The notes beneath the pieces are model-generated. The model did no database searches. It saw only the letters and a program-made list of their open reading frames with translations, and was not told where the DNA came from. A program made the translations under genes and the position numbers. From a virus (taxonomy: Duplodnaviria > Caudoviricetes), in the IMG/VR virus record IMGVR_UViG_2844496579_000002, positions 17,685 through 81,684 of that record: a stretch of DNA of 64,000 bases; one strand, 5' to 3'. Every line of letters begins with the position of its first letter. The stretch's first letter is position 1. Of the stretch, positions 8,472 to 18,020 are shown piece by piece.

Positions 8472-8759
8472 ATGGCACGAGGCGGAGCGCGCCCCGGGGC
8501 CGGTCGAAAACCCGGCGTACCGAATCGGGTGACGGCAGACATTAAGGCGCTGGCCCAGTCTTATGGCGCCGAGGCGGTCGAAGAACTCGTCAGGATTTTG
8601 CGCAAGTCCGAGAACGACAACGCGAGGATCGCTGCGATCAAAGAGTTGTTCGACCGTGGCTACGGGAAGGCCGCTCAAGCGGTAATCGTCAGTGGCGACG
8701 AAGAGGGTGGCCCCGTGCAATTCAGCGTTATCAAGCGGGTCATAGTCGATCCGAAATGA
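8472..8759 (+). CDS. terS: Terminase small subunit
   Basis: GGARPGAGRKPGVPN...LFDRGYGK...SGDEEGGPV; precedes TerL. Confidence 0.85.
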   Translation: MARGGARPGAGRKPGVPNRVTADIKALAQSYGAEAVEELVRILRKSENDNARIAAIKELFDRGYGKAAQAVIVSGDEEGGPVQFSVIKRVIVDPK

Positions 8760-9985
8760 CGACGCTAGAGATCGCAACGCCTCGCGTCTACGAGCCGCTG
8801 TTGCACCCTGCGCGGTACAAGGGCGCACACGGCGGGCGCGGATCGGGCAAGTCTCATTTTTTCGCGGAAGCCCTGATCGAAGAGTGCATCCGGTCCAAGA
8901 CCGACGCGGTGTGCCTTCGCGAGATCCAGAAGTCTTTGCAGTTCTCGGTCAAGAAGCTCTTAGAGACGAAGATCGCCAGCATGAACGCGGGTGACTACTT
9001 CGACGTGCAGGACAAGGTGATCAAGTCCAGAAATGGCGGGATCATCATCTTCCAGGGGATGCAGGACCATACGTCCGATTCGATCAAGTCACTGGAAGGC
9101 TTCAAGATCGCTTGGTTTGAAGAGGCGCAGTCAGCCAGCCAGCGAAGCCTTGATTTGCTCCGTCCGACGCTTCGGGCGCCCGGCTCGGAACTCTGGTTCA
9201 GCTGGAACCCGCGCTTTGCCATAGACCCGATTGACGTGTTGCTGCGCGGAGAGAACCCGCCTCCGAATTCGGTCGTCGTAGAGGCGAACTACTCTGACAA
9301 CCCCTGGTTGCCACAGGAACTTGTCGACGAGATGGAGTACGACAAGCGGCGCGACCCGGACAAGTACGCGCATATCTGGCTGGGCAAGTACCAGCAGAAC
9401 AGCGAAGCCCGGGTGTTCAAGAACTGGACGGTCGAGGAATTTGAAAGACCGGCCGGGACGATCTTCCGACTTGGCGCTGATTGGGGATTCAGCGTAGACC
9501 CCTCAGTCCTGATCCGCTGCGATATCGAGGGCCATAGGCTGTATGTGGACCACGAGGCCTACATGGTGGGCTGCGAGATTGTGAACCTGCCTGAGTTGTT
9601 CATGCAGGTCCCAGAGGCTGAGAAGTGGCCAATCACCGCAGATTCAGCCAGGCCCGAGACGATCAGCCATATGAAGAAGAACGGATTCCCGCAGATCCGC
9701 CCCGCTGTCAAGGGCGCGAAGTCGCTGGAGGAGGGCGTCGAATTTCTCAAGAGCTTTGACATTGTGGTTCACCCGCGATGCAAGCACCTGATCGATGAAT
9801 TGACGCTGTACAGCTACAAGGAAGACCCGCTGACAGGCGCAATCCTGCCGATCCTGAGCGACAAAGACAACCACGTTATCGATGCCCTGCGCTATGCCTG
9901 CGAAGGCGCGCGGCGTGCCGGTAAGAAGCCGCAACGCCAGATAGAACGAAAACCCGTGAGGAACGTCGGCTGGATGGCCGCATAA
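8756..9985 (+). CDS. terL: Terminase large subunit (PBSX family)
   Basis: GGRGSGKS, WFEEA, SWNP, GADWGF, DNHVIDALRYA. Confidence 0.95.
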   Translation: MTTLEIATPRVYEPLLHPARYKGAHGGRGSGKSHFFAEALIEECIRSKTDAVCLREIQKSLQFSVKKLLETKIASMNAGDYFDVQDKVIKSRNGGIIIFQGMQDHTSDSIKSLEGFKIAWFEEAQSASQRSLDLLRPTLRAPGSELWFSWNPRFAIDPIDVLLRGENPPPNSVVVEANYSDNPWLPQELVDEMEYDKRRDPDKYAHIWLGKYQQNSEARVFKNWTVEEFERPAGTIFRLGADWGFSVDPSVLIRCDIEGHRLYVDHEAYMVGCEIVNLPELFMQVPEAEKWPITADSARPETISHMKKNGFPQIRPAVKGAKSLEEGVEFLKSFDIVVHPRCKHLIDELTLYSYKEDPLTGAILPILSDKDNHVIDALRYACEGARRAGKKPQRQIERKPVRNVGWMAA

Positions 9986-9987
9986 AT

Positions 9988-12141
9988 ATGCCCCAAGACT
10001 TGCTCCAAAAAGCGAAGGAATGCTTCAAGGAAGACCAGGAGGCGTTTCGCGACAACCGCGAGCGCATGCTGGAAGACCTGAGGTTTTCCAATCCGGCATG
10101 CCCGGAACAGTGGGACGATGCCGTGCGTCGCGCCCGCGAGCAGTCTGAGGGCGGCGCTCGCCCGTGCCTGACGTTCGACCAGACGAATCAGTACATCGCC
10201 CAGGTTGTGAACGACAGCCGGCAGAACAAGCCAGGCATCAAGGTTATCCCGGTCGATTCTGGCGCCGATGTCGAGGTGGCCGAGAAGCTCGAAGGGATGA
10301 TTCGGCACATCGAGTATTCGAGCCGCGCCAGCATCGCTTACGACACTGCGCAGGAGTACGCGGCCCGCATTGGGCTGGGCTGGCTGCGCGTGGTGCCTGA
10401 GATCGTTCAGGCCGAGCGCAATGAGCAGGAAATCCGCATCAAGCGCGTGCATGACCCACTGTCGGTGATCATTGACGCCAATTCTCAGGAACCTGACGGC
10501 AGCGACGCGAGCCGCGGCTTCGTTGAAACCGTGCTGACTAAGAAGGCGTACAAGGAGCTTTACCCGAAGGCGTCGGTTGTTTCATGGGAGTCCACCGACC
10601 GCATGGACGGCTGGATCGCGGACGATTCGGTGCGTGTCTGCGAGTATTTCTACAAGGTTGAGACGAAGGTCAACAACCTGGTCATCGCAGGCCCTGGTGG
10701 CGAGCGCATGACGGTGACCGAGGACGAATACTGGCGCTTGGCCGAAGAGACTGGCCTGCGCCCGATGGTTGAGGCCACGTTCCCGTCAACGCAGGTCGAG
10801 GTCAAGTGGGTCAAGATGAGCGGCATGGAGATCCTGGAAGAGACGGATTTCCCCAGCCGCTTCATACCGCTGATCCCGGTGCTGGGCTACGAGGTATATG
10901 TGGAAGGCCGGCGCTACATCTGCGGCATGACGCGGCGCATGATGGACTCGCAGAGGGCCTACAACTACGAGCGCACCTCGTACATCGAGCAGGTGGCGTT
11001 GCAGCCCAAGGCGCCGTTTGTGCTGCCGTGGGAGTCGGTTGAGAACTTCCAGGACGAGTGGGCGACCGCGAACACGTCGAACCGGGCATACCTGCCGTAC
11101 AACGCCCTGGATGGCGAGGGCCGGCAGTTGCCACCGCCCGCCCGCCAGGGACCGCCCCCTGTGGGCGCGTCGTTCATTCAGGGTGGTGCGCTGGCGCTGT
11201 CTGACATCCAAGCCAGCATCGGCATGTACCGGGCGAACTTGGGCGCGCCGAGCAATGAAACAAGCGGGCGCGCGATCAATGCCCGCCAGCGTGAAGGCGA
11301 CACCGCCAACTATCACTACATCGACAACCTGTCGCGCTCGATCGAGCATCTGGGCCGCATCATCGTCGACATGATCCCCAGAATCTACGACACGGCGCGG
11401 GTCGCGCGCATCACGGGTGACGACGGCAGCGTTGAGGCGGTCGAGATCAACCCGGAGATGGAGCAGGCCAAGCAGAAGACGGCCGATGCCATGGTCATCA
11501 ATCCTGCTGTGGGGCAATATGACGTTCGCGTGAAGGTCGGCCCGTCATATTCGACGCTTCGGCAGGAGTCAGCAGAGGCTATTGGCCAGATCCTGCAAGG
11601 CAACCCGCAAGCCTTCGCGGTGCTGGGGCCTGAGTGGGCAAAGATGCAGGATTGGCCGAACGCCGACAAGGTGAGCAAGATGCTGCTGGCCATGGCGCCG
11701 CCTCCTGTGCAGGCGCTGGCCCAAGGGGATCAGGAGATCCCTGCTGCTATCCAAGCCCAGATGCAGAACATGAAGCAGCAGATGGAGCAGATGCAGCAGA
11801 TGTTGCAAGAAGCGCAGCAGAAGCTGGAATCGGACTCTGTCGAGGCGATGCGCAAAATGGCCGAGGCCGACAAGGACCGCGCGATTGATGCCTATAAGGC
11901 CGAAACCGAGCGCATGGCGATCATGCAGCCCGCGATGGGGCCGCAAGAGATCCAAGCACTGGTGCTTCAGACCGTTCAACAGTTGCTGACCAGCCCGCCT
12001 ATTCCGCCTGAGCCGCAAGCCCCGCCCATGCAGCCCCCGATGGCACCACAGATGCCGCCTGGTGGGCTGCCGATGGCCCCGCCTGGCTTGCCTCCCACCA
12101 ACATGAACCAACCGCCTCCGGGCGGTTTTTTTACGTCCTGA
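9988..12141 (+). CDS. Portal protein (P22-like)
   Basis: QW..RP.L.FD, SNETSGRAINARQREG, GQYDVRVKVGPSYST.RQE; Q/P-rich tail. Confidence 0.92.
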   Translation: MPQDLLQKAKECFKEDQEAFRDNRERMLEDLRFSNPACPEQWDDAVRRAREQSEGGARPCLTFDQTNQYIAQVVNDSRQNKPGIKVIPVDSGADVEVAEKLEGMIRHIEYSSRASIAYDTAQEYAARIGLGWLRVVPEIVQAERNEQEIRIKRVHDPLSVIIDANSQEPDGSDASRGFVETVLTKKAYKELYPKASVVSWESTDRMDGWIADDSVRVCEYFYKVETKVNNLVIAGPGGERMTVTEDEYWRLAEETGLRPMVEATFPSTQVEVKWVKMSGMEILEETDFPSRFIPLIPVLGYEVYVEGRRYICGMTRRMMDSQRAYNYERTSYIEQVALQPKAPFVLPWESVENFQDEWATANTSNRAYLPYNALDGEGRQLPPPARQGPPPVGASFIQGGALALSDIQASIGMYRANLGAPSNETSGRAINARQREGDTANYHYIDNLSRSIEHLGRIIVDMIPRIYDTARVARITGDDGSVEAVEINPEMEQAKQKTADAMVINPAVGQYDVRVKVGPSYSTLRQESAEAIGQILQGNPQAFAVLGPEWAKMQDWPNADKVSKMLLAMAPPPVQALAQGDQEIPAAIQAQMQNMKQQMEQMQQMLQEAQQKLESDSVEAMRKMAEADKDRAIDAYKAETERMAIMQPAMGPQEIQALVLQTVQQLLTSPPIPPEPQAPPMQPPMAPQMPPGGLPMAPPGLPPTNMNQPPPGGFFTS
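12110..12132 (+). terminator. Terminator overlapping the portal 3' end
   Basis: AACCGCC-TCCG-GGCGGTT-TTTTT. Confidence 0.65.
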
Positions 12142-12191
12142 GTTTTACCCCACTTCGCGGGGACGCGCGATGACCCACTTAGCCGAGAGCT

Positions 12192-12917
12192 ATGACTATT
12201 GAAAGCCAAGCCGCGCCTGTCGAAGCGGCTCAAATCCCTTCGACTGATCCCGCCACGATTACCCCGGCCCAGGCGGAACCGGAAAACCCTGAAGGCACTG
12301 CAGACCAGCAGAAGCCCGAGCTTACGCAAGCCGAGCGTGAAGCCCGTGCGCTAAAGCGTCGCGTGGACCGTTTGACCCGGGAGAAGTACCAGACCCAGGC
12401 CGAACTCCAACAGCTTCGCCAGCGGCCCGCAGAACCCCAGGCTGACGCCTCTCAGTTGACCGAGCAGGAAATCAACCGTCGAGCAGTTCAGGTTGCCGAA
12501 GCGAAGGCAGTCAACGACCGCTGTAACGAAATTGCCCGTGTCGGGGCCAAGGAATTCCCCGACTTCATGGACAAGTTCGCGGAGTTGTCGGCGGACATCC
12601 CGACCTTCACCAAGGATGGCCCCACGCCGTTCATGGAGGCAATTCTGGATTCGGATAGCCCTGCGGCGTTGCTTCATCACATCGCCAGCAATCCGGATCT
12701 CGCGGACGAACTCGCGGACCTTTCCCCGCGGCAGCAAGTGCGGCGTCTTGCCCTCATCGAACGCGATATGGGCGCCAAAGAAGCCCCCCCCAAAACCAGC
12801 AGCGCGCCAAAGCCCATCCAGCCGGTGAAACCGACTGCGACGGCGGGCGGCCCCGACCCCGGCAAAGACCCCGAGGGTTGGATCGCGTGGCGCAACGCCC
12901 AAGTGCGAACCAAATAA
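12192..12917 (+). CDS. Scaffolding protein
   Basis: Position between portal and coat; KRRVDRLTREK coiled coil; SSAPKPIQPV. Confidence 0.82.
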   Translation: MTIESQAAPVEAAQIPSTDPATITPAQAEPENPEGTADQQKPELTQAEREARALKRRVDRLTREKYQTQAELQQLRQRPAEPQADASQLTEQEINRRAVQVAEAKAVNDRCNEIARVGAKEFPDFMDKFAELSADIPTFTKDGPTPFMEAILDSDSPAALLHHIASNPDLADELADLSPRQQVRRLALIERDMGAKEAPPKTSSAPKPIQPVKPTATAGGPDPGKDPEGWIAWRNAQVRTK

Positions 12918-12926
12918 GGAACAGTC

Positions 12927-14168
12927 ATGGCTGACAATTTCATCACCTCGGACATCATCACCGCAGAAACCCTGCGGATCATCCACAACGAGAGCGCATT
13001 CCTCGGCTCCATCAACCGCGAATACGACAGTCAATTCGCCCAAGAAGGCGCCAAAGCCGGCGCTACGGTCAACGTCCGCCGCCCGGTGCAATACACCATC
13101 CGCGACGGCGCGACCGCATCGTTTCAGGACATCAACGAAACGAAGGTGCCGATCACCATCAACCCGGAATTTGGCATCGACTTCGATTTCAGCGATTTCG
13201 ATCTGACGCTGAAGATCGACAAGTTCAGCGAGCGCTATTTGCAGCCGGCCGGCAAGCGCCTGGCGACCGAGTTGGATGTGCGGATCGGCGCGCTGTACAA
13301 GCAGGTGTTCAACTACTCCGGCACGCCCGGTACGCCTCCGGCCACCGCTCAGGCGGCGTTGGATGCGGCGGTCTTCCTGGACAACAACGCGGCTCCGCGT
13401 GATGGCGATCGCCAGTTGGCGCTGACCCCGCTGGCGAACTCCAAGCTTGTCGGTGGCATGGCCGGGTTGTTCAACGACCAGGCCACGCAAGGCAAGCAGA
13501 TGCGTCGCGGCCTGATGGAAACCAACCTGGGCATGGACTTCCAGATGTCCCAGAACCTGCCCACGCACACGGTCGGCCCGCTGGGTGGCACTCCGCTGGT
13601 CAACGGCGCAGGCCAAGGCACCATCGCGGTCGGCGCCACGGACAACCCGTATGCGTCCACCACGGCGCTGGTTACGGACGGCTGGACGGCGGCGGCGGCC
13701 CTGCGCCTGAACGAAGGCGACGTGTTCACCATCGCTGGCGTGTTCGCGCTGAACCCCGAAAACAAGGTGTCCACGGGCGCCTTGCAGCAGTTCGTGGTGC
13801 GCGCAAACGCCAGTTCGGACGCTTTGGGCAACGCGACGGTGACGATCTCGCCGGCCATCATTGTTGGCGGTTCGTATGCCACGGTGTCGAACTCGCCTGC
13901 CGACAACGCCGCGATCACGGTCATCGGCACGGCTGGCACCAGCGCCGCGCAGAACATCCTGCATCACAAGGATGCGTTCACACTGGTGACGGTTGACATG
14001 CCTCTGCCGCGCGGCATGGACATGGCCTCCCGCATGGCTGTCGATGGCGTCTCGATGCGCTTCGTTCGTGGCTTTGACATCACGAACAACAAGCGCCTGT
14101 GCCGCTTCGACATCCTGGCCGGGTTCGCTGCGCTGCGCCCTGAGTGGGCTGTCCGCGTCCCCAACTAA
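12927..14168 (+). CDS. Major capsid protein (P22 gp5-like)
   Basis: NREYDSQF..GAKAGAT, GDVFTIAGV, RFDILAG..LRPEWA. Confidence 0.92.
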   Translation: MADNFITSDIITAETLRIIHNESAFLGSINREYDSQFAQEGAKAGATVNVRRPVQYTIRDGATASFQDINETKVPITINPEFGIDFDFSDFDLTLKIDKFSERYLQPAGKRLATELDVRIGALYKQVFNYSGTPGTPPATAQAALDAAVFLDNNAAPRDGDRQLALTPLANSKLVGGMAGLFNDQATQGKQMRRGLMETNLGMDFQMSQNLPTHTVGPLGGTPLVNGAGQGTIAVGATDNPYASTTALVTDGWTAAAALRLNEGDVFTIAGVFALNPENKVSTGALQQFVVRANASSDALGNATVTISPAIIVGGSYATVSNSPADNAAITVIGTAGTSAAQNILHHKDAFTLVTVDMPLPRGMDMASRMAVDGVSMRFVRGFDITNNKRLCRFDILAGFAALRPEWAVRVPN

Positions 14169-14225
14169 GCCGCATCAATCCCTTGTGCCGCGCCTGGGTT
14201 CGCCTGGGCGCGGCGGGAGTCCCAT

Positions 14226-14465
14226 ATGGATACCTGGCTCTATCACCGCACCGAATCGCCGAGGATTTTCCGCTCTGCGGATGATGTCAAGGCGGCCCTG
14301 GCTGACGGCTGGGCTGATACGCCCGCAGCATTCGAAGCCGAAGAAGTGCCCAGCGAACTGGACGAGTTGCGCGCCAAAGCTGCCGGTTTGGGCATCAAAT
14401 TTGACAAGCGTTGGGGCGCCGACAAGTTGGCCAAGGCGATCAAAGACCATGACGACAGCGCTTGA
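14226..14465 (+). CDS. Hypothetical virion-region protein
   Basis: GGGAG RBS; LGIKFDKRWGADKL motif typical of post-capsid genes. Confidence 0.7.
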   Translation: MDTWLYHRTESPRIFRSADDVKAALADGWADTPAAFEAEEVPSELDELRAKAAGLGIKFDKRWGADKLAKAIKDHDDSA

Positions 14466-15144
14466 GATCGTCAACCGGGCCTACACGCTCTTGGGCGTGA
14501 AAGACCCCGGGCAGGCGTTGCCCGGCACGATGGAGGTGGACGCACTCGAAGTGCTGAACACCATGATCGATTCCTGGCGGACCGAAGAGTTTTTCGTCTA
14601 CCAGATTGACGAACTGGTATACGCCATGGCGCCGAACCAGCAGACGGTGAAGATTGGCCCGGGGCAGCAGATTGACGTGCCGGTGCCGCTCAAGATCGAG
14701 CGCGGGGTATTCGTGCGCTCTGGCGGGATCGATTACCAGGTTGCTGGCATCGACCGCGTTCAGTACGCCCAGATCATGCTCAAGACCACCGGGTCAAGTT
14801 TTCCCAGCGCGGTCTACTACGAGCGCGCCTACCCGTTCGGCACGCTGTTCTTTTGGCCGCTGCCGGCTGGCGCATACGAGTTGCACTTGCCGCTCTGGCA
14901 GCAGTTGGCAGAATTTGGCGACTTGGGTACCGACATCCAGTTGGCTCCAGGATGTCGCCGAGCATTGGAATATTCGCTTGCCGAAGAGTTGTCCCCGGGA
15001 CTGGTCGATCTGCCGACCGCCGTTATCAAGACTGGCATTCGTGCGCGCGCGAACATCAAGCGCGTGAACCGCGAGACGCCTGTGCTTGATGTGCCCCTTG
15101 ATCTGCAAGTCGGGCGCCGGTTCAACATCTTCGCGGGCCAATGA
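14449..15144 (+). CDS. Head-tail adaptor (P22 gp4-like)
   Basis: MTTALEIVNRA..LGV...DAL..LN.MIDSW...AL.Y.LAEEL. Confidence 0.78.
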   Translation: MTTALEIVNRAYTLLGVKDPGQALPGTMEVDALEVLNTMIDSWRTEEFFVYQIDELVYAMAPNQQTVKIGPGQQIDVPVPLKIERGVFVRSGGIDYQVAGIDRVQYAQIMLKTTGSSFPSAVYYERAYPFGTLFFWPLPAGAYELHLPLWQQLAEFGDLGTDIQLAPGCRRALEYSLAEELSPGLVDLPTAVIKTGIRARANIKRVNRETPVLDVPLDLQVGRRFNIFAGQ

Positions 15145-16577
15145 TGGCAGAGCTTGCTATCCCCTTCGTCGGGCAGGCCTACGAAGCGCGCAGCCTGAAT
15201 TTCAGCGCTCAGCGATGCGTGAATCTGTTCCTTGAGCTTGGCATGGCTGGTGCCAAGTCCCCAGCGGCATTGTTTTGCACGCCCGGATTGACCCAGAAGC
15301 TGCAAATGCCAAACGGCCAGACCGAGATCCGTGGGGTGCTTCAGTTCGAAGGGCTTTTATGGGTGGTATCGGGGAACACGCTGTTTTCAGTGTCTGACAG
15401 CTTCGTGGCCACCATTATCGGTGTCCTCGCGACTAGCACCGGGCCGGTGTCTATGGCGAAGAACGAAACACAACTGGCGATTGTGGATGGCGTCGGCGGT
15501 TACTACTACGACTTTCCATCGCTGACGTTCGGGCAGATTACGGATTCCGAGTTTCCGACCGGGTGCCGACGTATCTCGTACCTGCTTAACCGTTTCTTGG
15601 TTGAAGCACCGCAGTCGCAAACCATGTCATGGTCCAAGATTGGCGACGTACGCGTCTGGGATGGCCTGGACTTCGCCAGCGCGGATGCGTCGCCTGACAA
15701 CATCGTCTCGCACATGGCCGACCATCAAGAGCTGTATGTGTTTGGCGAGACGACCACGCAGATCTTTGTCGCTGACGCCCAGGGGTTTGCCAACAGCCCT
15801 AACAGCTCGATGCAACAGGGGTGCGCCGCGGTGTTCAGCCCGGCCAGCATCGATAACAGCGTGGTATGGCTTGGGCGTGATGACCTTGGGCATGGGATCG
15901 TTTGGCAGACGCGGGGCGGTGCCACGCCAGTACGGATATCGAATCATGGTGTCGAGTACGCCATTTCTCAGTACGAGCGAATCGATGACGCGGTTGCCTA
16001 CGTCTATCAGCAGGAAGGGCACCTTTTCTATGTGCTGACGTTCCCCACCGGGAATGCGACGTGGGTGTACGACGTTGCCAGCCAAACGTGGCATGAGCGG
16101 GCCTACATGGTCCCGTCAACTGGCGAACTGACGCGACACCGGTCCAACTGCCACGCAATGTTCAACGGTCACCACATTGTGGGCGACTGGCAGAACGGGC
16201 GCCTGTATGAGTTGGATTTGAGCAGCTATACCGACGATGGCGATGCCATCCTGCGCCTGCGTTCGTCTCCGGCCATCACGCAGAATCAAAAGCGGATGGT
16301 ATTCAAAGCATTGCAGGTAGACGTTCAAGTTGGAGTGTCTCCGTCGACCGGGCAAGGCAGTGACCCGGTTGGAATGCTCAGGTATTCCGACGACTCCGGC
16401 CACACTTGGAGCAACCGGAGTACAGCCACGCTTGGCAAGATAGGCCAGTATTCGGCGCGGTGCCGCTTCCATCGCCTTGGGTCTGGCCGAAACCGCGTGT
16501 TTGAGTTCAGTGTGTCGGACCCGGTGCCTGTGGTGATCTTGGGTGCGTATGTGGATGCCGTGGCGGGGCAGTGGTAA
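15141..16577 (+). CDS. Packaged-DNA stabilisation / tail hub protein (P22 gp10-like)
   Basis: FASADASPD, YQQEGHLFYVL.FP...TWVYD...WHER, SDD.GHTWS, RVFE.S.SDPV. Confidence 0.88.
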   Translation: MMAELAIPFVGQAYEARSLNFSAQRCVNLFLELGMAGAKSPAALFCTPGLTQKLQMPNGQTEIRGVLQFEGLLWVVSGNTLFSVSDSFVATIIGVLATSTGPVSMAKNETQLAIVDGVGGYYYDFPSLTFGQITDSEFPTGCRRISYLLNRFLVEAPQSQTMSWSKIGDVRVWDGLDFASADASPDNIVSHMADHQELYVFGETTTQIFVADAQGFANSPNSSMQQGCAAVFSPASIDNSVVWLGRDDLGHGIVWQTRGGATPVRISNHGVEYAISQYERIDDAVAYVYQQEGHLFYVLTFPTGNATWVYDVASQTWHERAYMVPSTGELTRHRSNCHAMFNGHHIVGDWQNGRLYELDLSSYTDDGDAILRLRSSPAITQNQKRMVFKALQVDVQVGVSPSTGQGSDPVGMLRYSDDSGHTWSNRSTATLGKIGQYSARCRFHRLGSGRNRVFEFSVSDPVPVVILGAYVDAVAGQW

Positions 16578-16945
16578 TGGAAGAACTGCAACTGCTCGGC
16601 AACACTGCCGCGTTCGCTGAGGACCGCCAGGGTTCTCAGCAATCCCAGACCTTCCAGTCGCGCCAAACGCTGGCGTTTTTCCGCAATCTCAAGCGCATCT
16701 TGCGGCAGGCGTATTCGGTTGACGATGCGCCCGCAGTAGTCCCCGCCACCGCCTCCCCCATGACCTATACCGCCGCCGACCGCATGTCCCTGCATGTGGC
16801 GGGCGGCACCGTTTCATCGATTGCCTTCAAGCGTGGCGCTAGCACGCTGGCGGTGGGCGCGAACCAGCTTATCCCCCTGAATCCCGGCGACCAGGTCGTC
16901 ATTACCTACACCGTTGCGCCCACGATTACCGCCGTGTCGCGCTGA
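16577..16945 (+). CDS. Small tail-associated protein (needle/plug position)
   Basis: Coupled to the gp10-like gene; beta-rich C-terminus. Confidence 0.6.
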   Translation: MEELQLLGNTAAFAEDRQGSQQSQTFQSRQTLAFFRNLKRILRQAYSVDDAPAVVPATASPMTYTAADRMSLHVAGGTVSSIAFKRGASTLAVGANQLIPLNPGDQVVITYTVAPTITAVSR

Positions 16946-16958
16946 ACCGAGACCAAAA

Positions 16959-17561
16959 ATGCAGAATTTCCACTTCCTGGCGCATGGCGTCGACGTGAAC
17001 CCGTTGATGCTGGCTATCCGCCGTCAGCCGCACCTGTGGCATGAAGACACGTTCTTGCGAAAGTATCCGCAGGGGCCGTTTGGGCAGACGGAAACCATCA
17101 TGATCCGCTTCCCTGAGAAGGAGGAAGGCCTCACGGAAGAGCAGATCGAGGCCTACAAGGCGAATCAGCTTGCGGGGTATGACCAGTACGAGGCGGTGAA
17201 TTATCCCGCCTTGGCGGCCCTGCCAGAGGCTCGCAAGCTGGTGTTTGACCTGATGGCCCGGGTTCAGGGTGAGCGCCTGGGCCGCGTGATGATCAACAAG
17301 GTTTGTGCGGGCGGTCGCATCTTCCCGCACGCCGACACCCCGGAACAGACGCGGTATTACACGCGGTTCCACATTGTGCTGCACGGCCTGCCGGGTGCCA
17401 TCCTGCGCTGCGGTGAAGGTGACGCCGCCGAACAGATCAACATGAATACGGGCGACTGCTTCTGGTTCAACAACGCGCTGACCCATGAAGTGGTGAACAA
17501 CAGCGCCGACGACCGCGTTTCTATGGTTGTCGACATTCGTCTGCCGCGCACGAAGGAATAG
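16959..17561 (+). CDS. 2OG-Fe(II) oxygenase of the aspartyl/asparaginyl beta-hydroxylase family
   Basis: GGRIFPHAD (HxD), RFHIVL, G..FWFNN..THEV.N.S..DR...VVD. Confidence 0.88.
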   Translation: MQNFHFLAHGVDVNPLMLAIRRQPHLWHEDTFLRKYPQGPFGQTETIMIRFPEKEEGLTEEQIEAYKANQLAGYDQYEAVNYPALAALPEARKLVFDLMARVQGERLGRVMINKVCAGGRIFPHADTPEQTRYYTRFHIVLHGLPGAILRCGEGDAAEQINMNTGDCFWFNNALTHEVVNNSADDRVSMVVDIRLPRTKE

Positions 17562-17563
17562 CG

Positions 17564-18019
17564 ATGCTGACCGCCCAAGTAGAAAGCCTGACCGCGCGCC
17601 TGGAAGAACTCAAGCCGCTGTTCCCCCTGCATTGGGAAGAACTGGCGTTGAACAAGGACAAGGTGCCGCTGGGCCCGCAGTACGACATTTACCTGCAACG
17701 TGATGCGCGCGGCGAAGTCACGTTTGTGACGCTGCGCGATGCGGGAGAATTGGTCGGCTACTTCGTGGGCTTCGTGGCACCCGGCCTGCATTACCGCTCC
17801 TGCCTGACCTGCCACATGGACATCATGTATCTGCGCAAGGACAAGCGCGGCGGGCGCGGCGGGCTGATCTTGCTGAACGCGGTCAAGGCGGAATTGAAGC
17901 GGCGCGGCGTGCAGCGCTGGTTTGTGGGCACCAAAGCCCACATGGATATTGGCTCCCTGTTCAAACGGATGGGGTTCGAACACGTAGAAACCACGTACAG
18001 CGCGTGGATCGGGGACTGA
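17564..18019 (+). CDS. GNAT-family acetyltransferase
   Basis: GELVGY, YLRKDKRGGRGG..LL (motif A), LFKRMGF. Confidence 0.85.
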   Translation: MLTAQVESLTARLEELKPLFPLHWEELALNKDKVPLGPQYDIYLQRDARGEVTFVTLRDAGELVGYFVGFVAPGLHYRSCLTCHMDIMYLRKDKRGGRGGLILLNAVKAELKRRGVQRWFVGTKAHMDIGSLFKRMGFEHVETTYSAWIGD

Positions 18020-18020
18020 T

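Noticed and set aside
11750-12141. Q/M/P-rich repeats in the portal C-terminus
   Set aside because: Ordinary low-complexity tail of P22-like portals
12351-13967. Long antisense ORFs (also 45685-47160, 33812-35951) and the alternate-frame ORF 56483-57670
   Set aside because: Shadow frames of high-GC3 genes with clear identities; no motifs or RBS
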